64,000 nt of DNA from Blasia pusilla. Taxonomy: Eukaryota. Both the position numbers and the translations under genes were made by a program. Positions 35,001-48,200 of this stretch are shown one piece after another (position 1 is the stretch's first letter; each line of letters begins with the position of its first letter). Location of the stretch: contig CM114271.1 in NCBI GenBank assembly GCA_050084515.1, forward strand, positions 3,162,001 through 3,226,000. The letters run 5' to 3'. The notes beneath the pieces are model-generated. The model was not told the origin of the DNA. It made no database searches and saw only the letters and a program-made list of their open reading frames with translations.

Positions 35001-37072
35001 ATATAGATAGCATAAAAATGTGCCACGACCCACATTGTAGCCAAGAACACTTCCTCATAGGACCTATAATTTTCCCCTACAATGTTGTTCAATTGGCTTG
35101 CATAAGCCACAACGAACTTCCTCTTCTTATCATCTCTATGAGTGAGCGTCGCGCCTAGACTAAACATGCTCCAATTTGTAATTAGAAAGAACTACCCCTC
35201 ATAAATCTTTGTAGGATGTCATTCTATCGTTGAGCTCCTGAAATATTGGCTTCTAATCATCTCCACAAAGCCATATATGATCAATTCTCTTAAGGTCAAA
35301 GATTTCACAATCATACTAAAACCCTTAATACACCATTCACAGAAGTTTGCAAGTCCTATAAATGCTCAAACTCAACTTGCATCTAAAGGGCATGGAATAT
35401 GTACAATAGCCTCTACCTTTGTTTGTAGAATATCTAACCAAACTGGATATATGGTGTGCCCTAAATACTTGATTTTCCCATGGAAGAATCAGCATTTGCT
35501 TCGGTGTAACTTTTGTCCATGTAGTTGCAATCGCCGGAACACCTTCTCCAAGTGTAACTCGTGCTCCATAATCGTGGAATTGAAAATAAGAATTTTATCA
35601 TTGTAATACTGTACAAAATTCAAGCAAGGTAGAATCGTGTCCACAACTCTTTGGAAGTACGCAAGGGCGTTCTTCGACCCAAATAGTACGAACCGCCGTT
35701 GATACAAATAATATCTCCCAAAAAGTCTATCGCCCAAAATATTGTCTTCTTATTGTCCTCCACCCTCATAGGAAGCTGATGGCAGTCATCATGGAGATCT
35801 AAAGTAATAAAGGTTTTGGTATGCACAACCGCATCGAAGATTTTCTCAGAATTGGACATGGCGTATCCATTTGACCTTGTCTATCGATTGACAAGGAAAT
35901 AATCTCCACACATCCACCTATTCATCCAATTGTCATACACATCCTTCTTCATCGGCATGACCATGGCATATTCATACTCTCCATGCTATAACTCCACAAG
36001 TCCTACCTCCCACAAGTCTTGACTCCTACTATGAATCAATGCTCCCTTCATGTTGGACTTCCTATAGGATTGACGTAAGATTAGCGTATCACTAGCCAAC
36101 TCTGTCCGTATATCAAGATCCTTCAAAGTACCTAAGTCCCTCATACTCAAGGTGAAACAACCCACATACCTTTTGAAGAATCTTTATATCCGCCGTCTTT
36201 CTTCTCCTATCAACTCAAGACCTATCACATACTTCCAATTCTCCATTGGACCTCACTTAGAGGAGAAGAGACCTATGAATTTGGTTATTATGTAGCAACC
36301 CTAGCCACCTCCGCTACAACCACCCCACTCTCACCTCCTATATCATGCTCTAAATCTGAAAAATGAGCATGTGCTTCTTTGGCCGCCTCTGCACTCTCTA
36401 CTTACACAACATCCTTGGAAGTCCATGTGTGCCTATCTCTCCTCATCTCATCCCCCGCCACTGCCTCTACATACCATGTAAGAAATTTGCCAACTTATGG
36501 ATACGACAATATGGATGACATTCACATCTGATGTTGCTCAACCAAACCTAGGTTGACTATCCATGTGAGACATGTTAGGTCCATCTTTCTTGTGTAAAAT
36601 CGAAGTAAAAACAACTCACACGTCCAACTCCACACATGAATCCACACGTGATATCGAGCCACATCCACCCTTTGCCATGAGGGAGCCCATACTCTAAAAG
36701 TCAAGCTACTACCACACATTAAGCAAGAGAATTGCTCCAAAATCTCTATATGAGAAAGATGGCTCACGAAAGCCCTCTTTCCCTCTTTCCCTCTTTGATA
36801 CCCTTGGGAAGAGGAAAAAGCTCTTCCCCCAAAAAGATCCCTCTAAATAGTAACCTACATGTACAAGTTACTCCGTGACCCTTGACTTGGTCAACATGTT
36901 ACCGAGCCGAAAAAATAACGAAAGAGAGACTTTAAAAAAAATGATGATCCTGACACACCAAACCCGTCACCAACCTCATCCGACACCTCAAGAAAAAATT
37001 ACGCCCAATCAGCGAGTTAACCCTCTAGCTGACACGATAGAACTCTACATGTCAACTAACTAAGATGTGACA
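32030..37072 (-). mobile_element. Second, older and internally deleted copy of the Gypsy-MTase-PHD family
   Basis: Homologous integrase (WSLDFAKP..ADGLAER), PHD start (LRCMLCGSTR), RNase H, RT, MTase tail MDLTCLTWIV (~36550-36584) and repeat X (~36590-37072, ending AGATGTGACA). Interrupted at ~33346-34630. Confidence 0.88.
33346..34630. mobile_element. Unrelated LTR-like insertion inside the second Gypsy copy
   Basis: Homology to the first copy stops at ~33345 and resumes at ~34630. The insert is AT-rich with TATATAAA (~33776) and an internal duplication (33860/34018). Termini are not resolved. Confidence 0.55.
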
Positions 37073-40000
37073 ATTTGTTTTTCATAGTGTTCTTATTGAA
37101 ATATATAAAAGATCATACATTCTTAACTATGTCTTTGAGAGCATCTCACATATTATCCTAGGATCGTATGTGAGACGCTCTAATAAATATAGTTACGACT
37201 TGGATGACTTCAACCATATTCCTATGGCATAAGATCTACACATCCAAGAAATAATCTATTTTATGATATATGGGTATAGAGAGTGCAAGATGCTACATGA
37301 GATATACACATGTAAAAATAGTTTTTTGAGGAAAAACAAGGAAAGAAATGGATCATGTAGAGGAGTTTGACACATGCATCTCTATGGATCATTTATCTAT
37401 GGATAAAGTTAGTTGTCTTGATCCCAACTAAATCCCATGCGTTATACCAATTCTGAGAATACGAGTTTGATGTGTTATGCTTGCGTACATTGAAGCTCTG
37501 TTTCACTTAAGGTCAATCTTACCAAGGAATTCAATGCCCTTGCAAAAAAAAACCTCAATCATAAATAACAAAGTGTGGAAGAACGAAGACGCTACAAAGC
37601 TAAGAGAGGAGAAAGAATGTAGGTCCTTGTGTAGTAAACTCATAGTCAAAAGAAAAAGCATGCTTATTCCCACTAAACTAATAGTGATATCAAAACTTTT
37701 GAGTTGTTCGTTTATTTTGTTAATTCTTATTTCATGATCGAGCATCGAGAAAATAATCATGCATTTACTCCCTTGAACTCGAGTGTTGTGTGTCACACTA
37801 GGTAGTGTTTAAAAAGGTCATACTCTCAATATTGATCTACACGCAAACACACTTGTATTAGCCATATTTTGGATCGTTTTGTTATAAGAAAAAAAAATGT
37901 GAAGAAAATACAAAATATCTATTTCTCTTGAAAATACAAAGTGGCCTTTCCGTTCGCGACAAAGCTTTGATGGAACCTGAACATGCAAAAACTCAATATA
38001 CGCTACAATTGCACTTTACTACTTATTTCACCACTCGGGAAACTAGGATATTCGACCTTATTTCTTTTGATTCTCTAAAATATTTTCTAGTTATCATAAT
38101 TTAATGGAATAAATCCTATTTTTAGAAAATTTTAATGAAAATTTATTTATACATTTTATTATTGGATTATACCCATTTTTTCTCATCAACAAATTCCCCT
38201 TGTTTTTTTCCTCTAAAAATCATATTTATATCACTATATTATATGTTTCCAACGTAGATATAAATTAGTTTAAATTCATCATCTGAGATGTAAAATATAG
38301 TCACCGTATGAACCTATACAATTTTATTAACATTTTGTGCTCTGTATCATAATACATTCAATAAAAGGTCCTAACGTTTTGGAAGAGATGTTCTACAAAT
38401 AGACTTAAGAAATTGTTTGAGTATATTTGTATGAATTTTTTTGCAAGTTTTTTTTGGTATTGTAGAGTACGTTTTCTACTTGCCCCTCGAGATTGTTACT
38501 CTACTCAATCATGTTTACTTCCATATTTATTTTGAAGTCCCCTTAAATATTTTCTAAAAAATATTTTTTAAATTTATCAAAAAAATTAACCTTGTAAAGA
38601 ATGAGAATATTCTTCATGAATAATCATCCCCTCTTTTTAGAAGAAGAAGAAGAAGTCCCTAGCATCTCTACCTAAGAAAAGGATGGAGGCGCTTATTAAG
38701 GAAGACAACATACTTAATTAGATGGTTAAAAAAAGGATACACCATGTATAAAAGAGGTTAGTTTAATTTTCTCGCATAAGAAAAGAAAAGAAAAGAAAAA
38801 ACTATATTATGAGCAAAGGATATTATTTCTCATTGGTAAGAACCTCTAATATGTGACATTTATCATTTTAAGAAGTAATGACATCTATTTTCAACATAAG
38901 AATGTAATTACATAATTAAGTGTAATTAAGCTAATGGGGTCTTAAGAAGAATATATTTCAAAATTTAGATGTATCGGCTTGATAAGATTCGTATAGAACA
39001 ATTATTTTTAGAGGTTATTTTAAAATTTTGCAATTATTAGTTCGGTAGTTTTATAAAGGCCTCAAAGCTTTTCTCCTGTAGGCTCTAGTAAGCACTAATG
39101 TTTTACTATTGCCTTACTATGATAATTTGTTTAAGACTAAACAAGAATAAATTGATGTATTCAATATGTGATACATGCCTTCTATCACTTTAAAAATTTG
39201 AAGAAAAAATAGAGATATATTTTATTATTTGTGTCATTATTATTGGAGAGTGCGGCTTTAAATTTCAAACATCTTCTCTCTTTATACCTAGCCCTTTCAG
39301 CCAATTGGATAGCTCGCCCTCTCAGCCAACATGATAGTTCGGTTTCTTGGCCAGTAAGATTATTAAGAATCGATTTAAGAAGTGAATCAAAATTTTGGAA
39401 GATTCACTAAGTCTTTCATCGAGGATTATTTTATGTTGTTGATTTAAATAACCTGTGCATTGAATGAGCATCTTTTAGGACCTTAGATGATAAGAAAATG
39501 TTGAAGTTTTATATCGCGAAACTTACAATATCTTACATGATGACACATTATTTAATATTTGATTCTAAGTAAAAGAAGGGAAGAGAGAAGAAGACAATTT
39601 ATTAACCAAAGAAAATTTTAAATCTTTTTTAGCCAAAGGGTATCACTTTCCATGAGATTCAGGAGTTGATTTCAAAATAGAGAAAGGGATAAAATTTCAA
39701 GAAGCAAGGGCTTCATAAGAATCTTCTTGAAAATTCATTTTTTTATATATTAAAATCATGAGAGATAATGTTTAATTTTCAATAAGGTAGGGCAGAGAGA
39801 AAGAAGCACACTTGAACCAGAGACCTTCAAACGTGAAAATTATCAAAATATTTTATGACAAGAGATCAGATAAGAAAGTAATCAACGAGTTTAATTTTCT
39901 ATAAGAGAGGAGAAGTGAAAAATGGGAAATTCTCAATAGGAGAGGGTTTAATAAAGATTTTTGGAAGAGTCATCTATTTGTTTAGATGAAGGGAAGAAAG

Positions 40001-40313
40001 ATAATGTTGGATTTTCAATGGGGAAGAGAAAGAGATAATTTTATCGCAGCAAAGTAGAGTATTGCAAAGAATTTTCTTTTTAGTTTTGATAATGAGTTTG
40101 GATTTTGGGCAAGGGAGAGGAAGAGGAAAACATAAAGAATAATTATTCAACAAGGAAAGGGTTTACTCAGGATTTTTTTAAAATGCCAAATTTCAACCTG
40201 ATACAAGAGGAGAAATAGAACAAAATTTAAACAAGAGAGGTGGCCCTTAAAAAAGGAAAGGCTAAGTAGTGGAGGAGGAGATATTCCAACAAATACGAAT
40301 GGATTTTTCCCTT

Positions 40314-40580
40314 GCGCCTATTCATCCTCGGGTTAGGTCAAGGAGGGCAAGAATCGGGTTAAGGAGGCAGGCGCACTTGAGCAAAACTTAAGGGAGATGG
40401 CCGAATCGGAACTCACGACTAGGTGGCTAAGAGGGGAAGACTTTCCTTTGTGCTAGAGCCTCCTGGACATTGCTTAGTGGACCATACAAATTTTACTCTT
40501 TCTACCAAAGAGAATCCTAGGGAGGGGTCAAGGATTACTGATTGGACCTCGGGTCATAAAACTCGAGGATGAATAGGCGC
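40314..40580. mobile_element. MITE-like element with 21-bp terminal inverted repeats
   Basis: GCGCCTATTCATCCTCGGGTT (40314-40334) and AACTCGAGGATGAATAGGCGC (40560-40580), one mismatch. TSD unclear. Confidence 0.75.
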
Positions 40581-42228
40581 TTCCCACCCATCCCCACGAA
40601 ATGTTTTCTTTCATGTGGTAATGTTTCCCGCTTGAAAGAAAACTTTCCGCACGCTATTATAAAGTGTCCATATTATAGGAAAAATATGACTAAGAATTTA
40701 ATCAAGTCCCAAATCTGTTCATAAACCTCTTAAATCAGATTCAAGTGTGACTATTCTCAAAGTAATATAGATTAAAAAATTATATAAAATATTTGAAACA
40801 AAGTAGTCGAAAATATCCATTCTCTTCCACGTGGCAAGTGCCCAAAGTGTGTGAAAAGAATCGTTGGACAGCGTTCGAGAAGATGCAAGTGGTTTTCGTC
40901 GACCCGGTCACCCGGTCTCTTCTCCAACGGATCTCAATCATCATTGAACCGAACCTCCTCCAACATCCCGTGCACAGGACAGGAATGGATGTAAGTAAGT
41001 TCGCGAAAGCACAAGGCTCCGCTAAGATAGCTGTGCTCTACATCTGGAGTCCCGTTCATCCTCTAGTTTAGGGCGCTGGGTAACTTGGCGGCACGCTCCC
41101 CGCGTGCGCTCGTTTGAATTCGACCGTTGCCATTCAAACACCTCCGCTCGCCCTTCCCTTCCCTCCCAACGTCTCTCTCGCGTCTCCTCCTCTCTCCTCC
41201 TCTCTGTGCTGTCTGGGTCGGTCTGTCCGTCCGTCCCCTGCGGCTCTGCTTCCCCTCTCTTCTCTTCACGACATCAATGGCTCTTCTGATTAGAGGACGC
41301 CGGGAGGGGTCGGAGAGTAGTGTGGATTTGCTGTTGAACGAGCTTCGGTTGCCTGCGAAATCTTCAGGAAAGAGTCTGGGAGAGGAAGGAGGAGGAGGTA
41401 CTGAGCGACGCCGATTATGAGAGTTGATTGATTGATTGACTGGTATCGATGAGAGGAACGTTGCACGAGTGTGCGGGAATTAGATTTGCTGTAGAAGCGA
41501 TGTGAGAAGCAGGTTTGTTGTTGTAAGAGCTGTTGGAGAAGTGAACTGGTTTTGGTGCAAGAGCTGTACAAGAACTTAGATATGTTGCGCGATTCGTGCA
41601 GGAAGTGAAAGTAGATTTGATTTAAGAGCTTTGTGAGGACCAGATTGTTTGCAAGAATTCAAGAATGAGAGGGCCGCCAATCAAACTTTCGCGGGGAGGA
41701 ATGGTAGAGAAGCGGCCTGGGGACTAGATTTGTTTGGAGAGCTGTGTGAGGACTAGGTAGGTTTGTTGCAAGAGCCGTGTGAACTGAATTTGTTGCTCGA
41801 GAGCTACGCCTTTGATGGGAGGAACATTGCTGGGGACTCTGCGAGAACTAGTGTTTTTAGCAAGAACTTCCTGAGAACTAGATTTGTTGCCCGAGTTAAA
41901 AAAATGCGAGAGTCGTCAACCAGGTTTTTGATATGCAGAAATCGGTTTGCAGGACGGTAAAGGGAAGGACAATACAACTTCTTTGCGTTGTTGTAAGATT
42001 TGTTAAATTCTTACGCTGATTGATGGGAGTGGAGTTCGACAAATCAAGAGGAGATAGACACATCTGGGAAAGCTGATTGGATGGATGTTGGTTGAGGGGA
42101 GGCTTGAAGAAACATGTGGGAAGTTTCCGCTCAATTCTAGCGGCGGGTGAAGAGAAATTTGATGTGTTGAAGTTCTAACAGGCATAAGAATTTACTGGAA
42201 TTCTGCGGCATTTTGCTAACAAGCAAAA

Positions 42229-45200
42229 ATGCCGCCTCTGAATCGGTCTCGCTCAGTACGGGGCAGCTCCTCACCCGCAGACTCGCCTGTCAGAGAGAAG
42301 GAGCCATTTTGTTTGGGGCCTTTTCGTCAGCCGAAAAGCTACCCTGTCTCGGGTACGCCGGGTCGAAGATCACGGGCAAATGGTGAAAATGTGCCTCCGG
42401 ATAACACTCATACTGCTGCTTATGTCAAAGCTAATACTCAGAGTCAAGACTCTGGATCTCCTGCCCAGTGCAAGTCAGTCACTAAGGGACGCAACGGAGG
42501 CGCCACACCTTTGCCTGGTAGCCCGGCTTTGCTGCCCCGACCTCCGTCATCGAAGCCGTCTCCTGCAGTCACAGGTCGTAAGAATGATCCTCCGTGTGCA
42601 CAAACGCAAGACGCTCTCGTACCTACCAAGAGGAAGCTCAGCTGGGATGTTAGCAGCGCTGGTGCGGTAGAAACTGTCGCGATTTCAGCAGTTGCTGAAA
42701 TCAGCGGTTCTGATTCGGGAGTGAAGGTTAGTGCTGATTGCAGCTTGTTCTAAACGAAGTATCTAATGCTAGTCAACGTTGTCATTGACTCTTTCTGTCT
42801 ATGTCATCGCAGTTGTGTACCTGTAGAGCAGATAATAAGTGAGATCGTCAAGATGAAATAGTAACACGGGGTCGTGACTGATTAAACATGGTTCATGACG
42901 TAGTCATAGGCAAGAGATGGCTGGACATTCTGTGAACTTCGGTATCGATTCGTTCCATGTGCTCGATTCCTGCCTAGATCTTCAAATTGGTTGAAGGGAA
43001 TTCGGCCGAGTTGCAGACCTCTCAAGCAGATCTCTGCTGTGGACGATGCTTTCATGTACGACAAGGGTAACCATGTCCTCGCTGCATGTTCGATAGTTTG
43101 CTTTGATCGACGCGTCCACTCCAATATGATTACCACTGGCACCTAATGGTATTCATGGATGATAATATGTACTATCATGGTACTCGAGGTCTCGCAAGAA
43201 TGGTGGTAATGAATGGTATCTGTACAGATCAGACATCCATGCTGGAATGTCTCTGCAGTCGATTTTGTATTTGCATGGGGCAGAGAGTGCTATGGAGCTC
43301 CAAGTCGAATGGAGTAGAGCTACACAAACTGCCTGGAGCAAAGCTTAAGTGTTGACCTGCGTAGCTATGGTTTTGCGTTGGAAACAGCACTATTTGTGTA
43401 CGCTTGAACCGGATGATGTGACCATGACATGTACTTCGATGTCATGGAAAGGATTTGCTTTGTCTCATGTCAGCGCTCAATATTAGTCATACTTGCGTGC
43501 AGGTGATCGTGAGAATGCGACCTTTGAACAACAGAGAAGAGCAAGAGGAAGCGATTCAGATAGTTCAGAAAATATCAGTCAATGCTGTTGCTCTTGGTGA
43601 TCAGCAATTTACTTACGATGCCATCGCAGGCGAGAGCGCTTCTCAGGTGAGTTGGCCATTCTACGTTGGGTGTTCCCTTGAAACCTTTTTTGTCATGCAA
43701 ATATATGTTACGCCTGTTCTTTGAATTTCTTCAAACATCCTGTCTATGTCTGAATTATGAGTCGACAAGTACGTGTTTGCGGGATCATCCTACCCTAACT
43801 GAACAAGTCTATTTCAACAACAGTATTGCGTCTACTTCAAATGTCGAGCTATCATGTACTGAACACTTTGGTATTCTGACCGTCTTGACGTTCCAGCAAG
43901 AGGTGTTCGAAATGGTGGGGTTGCCCATGGTGGAGAACTGTCTCGCGGGGTTCAACAGTTCGATATTTGCGTACGGACAGGTATAGTTCCAATCGTAGGA
44001 CAGTTTGTTTGGGTGAATTGATTTGAGCTTGTTGAAGTTGGAAACAGTTTTAAGAAATTGTTCCAAATCGATTTTCTTAATCGTTCGCGATGTGATCGCT
44101 TGAACAGACAGGAAGCGGGAAAACACACACTATGTGGGGCTCAACCAATGATCCGGGTGCCGATTTACCCCCCAATGAAGAGAGAGGTGTTTCTCCAAGA
44201 GTATTCGAGAAACTCTTTGCTCGTATACAGCAGGTGCGAAGCAATTTCGTGTTGTGCAGGCAATATTGGGTGATGTAGCTCTCAGCTGGTACTTGTTTAC
44301 ATGTAATCCTGTAATCAGTTTTACTCACTCCGACGCCAAGAATATTCGTATGTCTTTCGCACCTAATCAGCGAGATCGCGTTCGCAGGAGGAAAAACTCA
44401 ACAGTGACAGACAGTTGCGGTACCAATGCCGTTGCTCCTTTTTAGAGGTGACAATCTGCTCTATACCCAAACTACTCTTCAACTCGTTTTCAGGCTCCTT
44501 CCCCCCTTGTGAATGTTACGACGTAACGGAATTTACCTATAATCTGGGCCATAGGTAGGTCCCGGAAGACGATGCAGCCGCGCAAGATCACTCAAGTGAG
44601 CCTTATTGAACATTGTGCTTGCCTCTGGACTTAACGTGAATTGTGCACTGTGACAGATCTACAACGAGCAGATCACAGATTTATTGGAACCGACTCTGAA
44701 GAATCTTCAGGTTTTGCCCAAGTTACTCGGTTGTTATTGTCTCGCACTAAGAGTCTTGCATTAACCAGGATGATCTTCAGCTCGAATTCGGAGGGTTATG
44801 ATGTTGGAGCTTTGTAGGTTGCGTTTTTAGCTTGCAAATACTAAACCTCGAACCATTGTCCCAGTGTCTTGTTACGTTATTATTACCTTAGATTGTTACC
44901 GGAGTTTTATATGCGGTGGTCTGTCGATGCAGATCAGAGAAGACACGAAAACAGGAGTATACGTCGACAGTCTATCCGAGGAATACGTATGCAATGTGGA
45001 TGATGTCACTCGTCTGCTTTTAAAGGTAACTTTTCGGTTACCTTAGAAAGTGGTTTGCAATCATGCATGCAACGAGGTGGAACTATAGAGACTTGAAGAT
45101 TAAATAGCTCAAGATGCTCATATTTGTTCTGTTTACCATTTTCGTCAGACGCCCTTGGAATATTGTTAAATCCAGTAAAGATCTGTGTTTTCTACGACGT

Positions 45201-48200
45201 GAGTCACTCAGGGTCTTCATAATATTCTGCAGGGGCTTTCAAATAGGAGGACGAGCTCAACTGCTATGAATAATGAGAGTTCTCGCTCGCACAGTGTTTT
45301 TACTTGTGTCATTGAGTCTCGATTTAAGGTAAAGCCTCCCTCGAAGTCTCTAAATGTCGCAGATCCTCCGGCATCATTTACGTTGTATGTCAGGATGCAA
45401 CTTGAACAGTTTAAGGGGATCGATCCTCCGCCTCGACGTGTTCCGATTCTAGGAATTGACTTGCTCTCTTCTGGTAATTGTCCTTCCCAGAATTTGGCCG
45501 ATGGGGTGAACTGTGTTAGAAGCAGCCGCATGAACCTTGTAGACCTTGCCGGGTCAGAGCGCCAAAAACAAACTGGGGCTGCTGGTGAAAGACTCAAAGA
45601 GGCTGGGAACATTAACAAATCTCTGTCACAACTCGGGTAAGTTTTCACCCCAGACGGCATGTCATCTTGCGGGGTAAACAAGTAGGAAAGCCCTAGAGTT
45701 TCAGTAGGCTGGTCTAGAAAGCAGTGTTCACCTCTTTATACCCAGTGTTGTGGTCGCCCCTCATTACTTGTTGAATTGATAATGACGGGTGCATTGTTCT
45801 TGACATATTTGTGAATTATGACGTTAGATTTCACCATGTATCGGCATTTTCCAATACCGTGCTGATAGTTCATCTTGCATGGCAGGAATGTTATCAACAT
45901 CCTGGCAGAAGTGGCTCAAACTGGAAAGCAACGGCACATACCTTACCGTGACTCTCGTCTAACATTTCTGTTGCAAGAATCGCTAGGAGGGAATGCCAAA
46001 TTGGCAATGATATGTGCCATATCCCCAGCTAGCAGGTATGCTTCTTAGCTTCTTCGGTCCAATCAGCTGGGATCATTTCTGGGCCTTCCTTGAACATCAC
46101 GATATCAGTGCTATTCTTCGTGCCCAAGCACTGAGTTGATATACTTTCCTGTGCACAGGTCTTGCTTGAGATTTCGTGCAATAATTTGTAAATTTTACGA
46201 ATTCTAAGGACTTTCATAGCTAATTAGGAACAATTTACATGACAGCTGCAGGAGCGAGACATTGAGCACCCTCAGGTTTGCTCAAAGGGCCAAGGCTATT
46301 CAAAACAAAGCGGTTGTGAATGAAGAAACCGCAAACGATGTGAATCTTCTCAGAGAACAGATCCGTCAACTGAAGGTTTGGATATTATCACGTGATCTCT
46401 GCTGATTCGTGTTTTTCCGGAGTACTACAACGACACTAAGTATCTTTGTATCAGTATGGATCCTCTCCTCGAAACTTCCAAATAGGACCAAACTCAACAA
46501 TCACTAATTGGTATCTTGCTATTGGTTGGAACGTGTGTCGACAGGATGAACTCATGCGGATGAAAACCAATGGTCAGCAAGAGCCAGGCACAGGAAGCTA
46601 TTCTACTGGGTGGAATGCACGTCGAAGCTACAATCTCCTGCGGCTTAGTCTGAGTCATCCAATGACAATATCAGCTGCAGACCTTGAGTCAGACAATGAT
46701 TTGGAGATGGAGATTGACGAAGATGATAGCGAGCGTGACCCATCGTCTCAGTCATCAAATTCGGAAACCAAAGACGGTGCGAGAGTTGGACGTGGGAAGC
46801 TTGAGGCTATTGAGGAAAGAGAATGGATGCAAGATGATACTCCAATGGAGATGGAGAGTCCAGCAGAGGACAGGGGTTTGGTCATGCCCACGAATGCGGC
46901 CGGCAGTACGGTGGAGGTTGAGCTCACGGTGCCAGATTCTAGCGCAGACAAGGACGAACCCAACATGGATTTGGAATTTGAATCACCAAACTTCGATGAC
47001 ATTGATGCGCCAAATTTAGTTCCCGAGATGAGAACTCCTGAATTGTTGAGACTTCCCGAATTGAAGCTTCCGACGCTGCATTCACCTCCTCTGAGTGTCT
47101 CCCCAAGGCTGAAAGGAAGCCAAAAACGAGGTCTCTCGGGATCTCCACTGGCTCCCCGAGCCGAACTGTCAGTCTTAACTCATCTTCCTGAAAACTCAGT
47201 TTGTGATGAGATTTACCATTCCACACAAGAGAGATTTTGCGACGGCAGTAGTGTATCTCAGTCTCAGCAGCCGAAAAATCAATCTTTGGTGCGATCCTCT
47301 CTTCGTGCCAGTGTATCTGGAACAAGACCAACAGAGAGGCTGGCTGCGTGTCTGCATCGTGGTTTACAAATTCTTGACAATCAGCAGAAGACCTCCATGG
47401 CTGCTGTTCGCAGGTCGACTGGAGTACGATTCTCTGTCCAGAATCCCGACTTCAGCATGCCCAAAATCGTCGATAAAGTTGACAAGTCTGTGCAAACATC
47501 CCCACCGGTGCTTGTAACCACCAGTACATCCCCGCTGACGGTACCGAGCGCATTCTCCTCAAAACCGGAAGAGGTTTCGAGCTGTAAGCTTGCCTTGGCA
47601 CTCACAGAAACTTTTCTTCCCAACGAAGTGGGTACATCTACGCAGTCACTCTTCGAACAGGTTCAGGAGTTCAGAGAGAGTAATCTCCAACTGAGCTGTT
47701 CACCGTTACCGACACCAGAGGCTGATTGTGATGTCCTGATCTGCGAGAATTCACCTGCGAGAACCCAAGACGATCATCTCCAGATGACGTGCACACAATC
47801 ACTCCAGCAATTTGTGCAGGAAGCACCGCAGTTAGAGCCTCCAAACAACCTTCCGGTGAAGAGCCACGACATGTCTCAGTGGCAGCTAGTGACCATGGAT
47901 GCTCCAAAGTCGAGTCCTGCTAGTACCGGCCAAGGAAGTTTACTCCAGCTCACTCAGGTATACAACGCTATGGCTTGCAGAGTTTTTTTAATTTGATCCC
48001 TGACCTGCTAATCGAAACCTTAGAACAGAAGCGTGTTCAATCTTTTGTTCGATGGAGACGTTACAGAGATCTTTCCTTTTGAGGCTGGTTTAGAGGATTA
48101 ATCAGTCAAGGAGATTTGGTCATCTGTATGCTGTTGTGATGATGGATTTTTAAACCTTATATATCCATGTATGTGTTGTCTAGGCTGTGGAGGCATTGCT

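Noticed and set aside
37100-40300. Long AT-rich tract
   Set aside because: No ORFs or resolvable termini; probably decayed repeats and not classifiable by eye.
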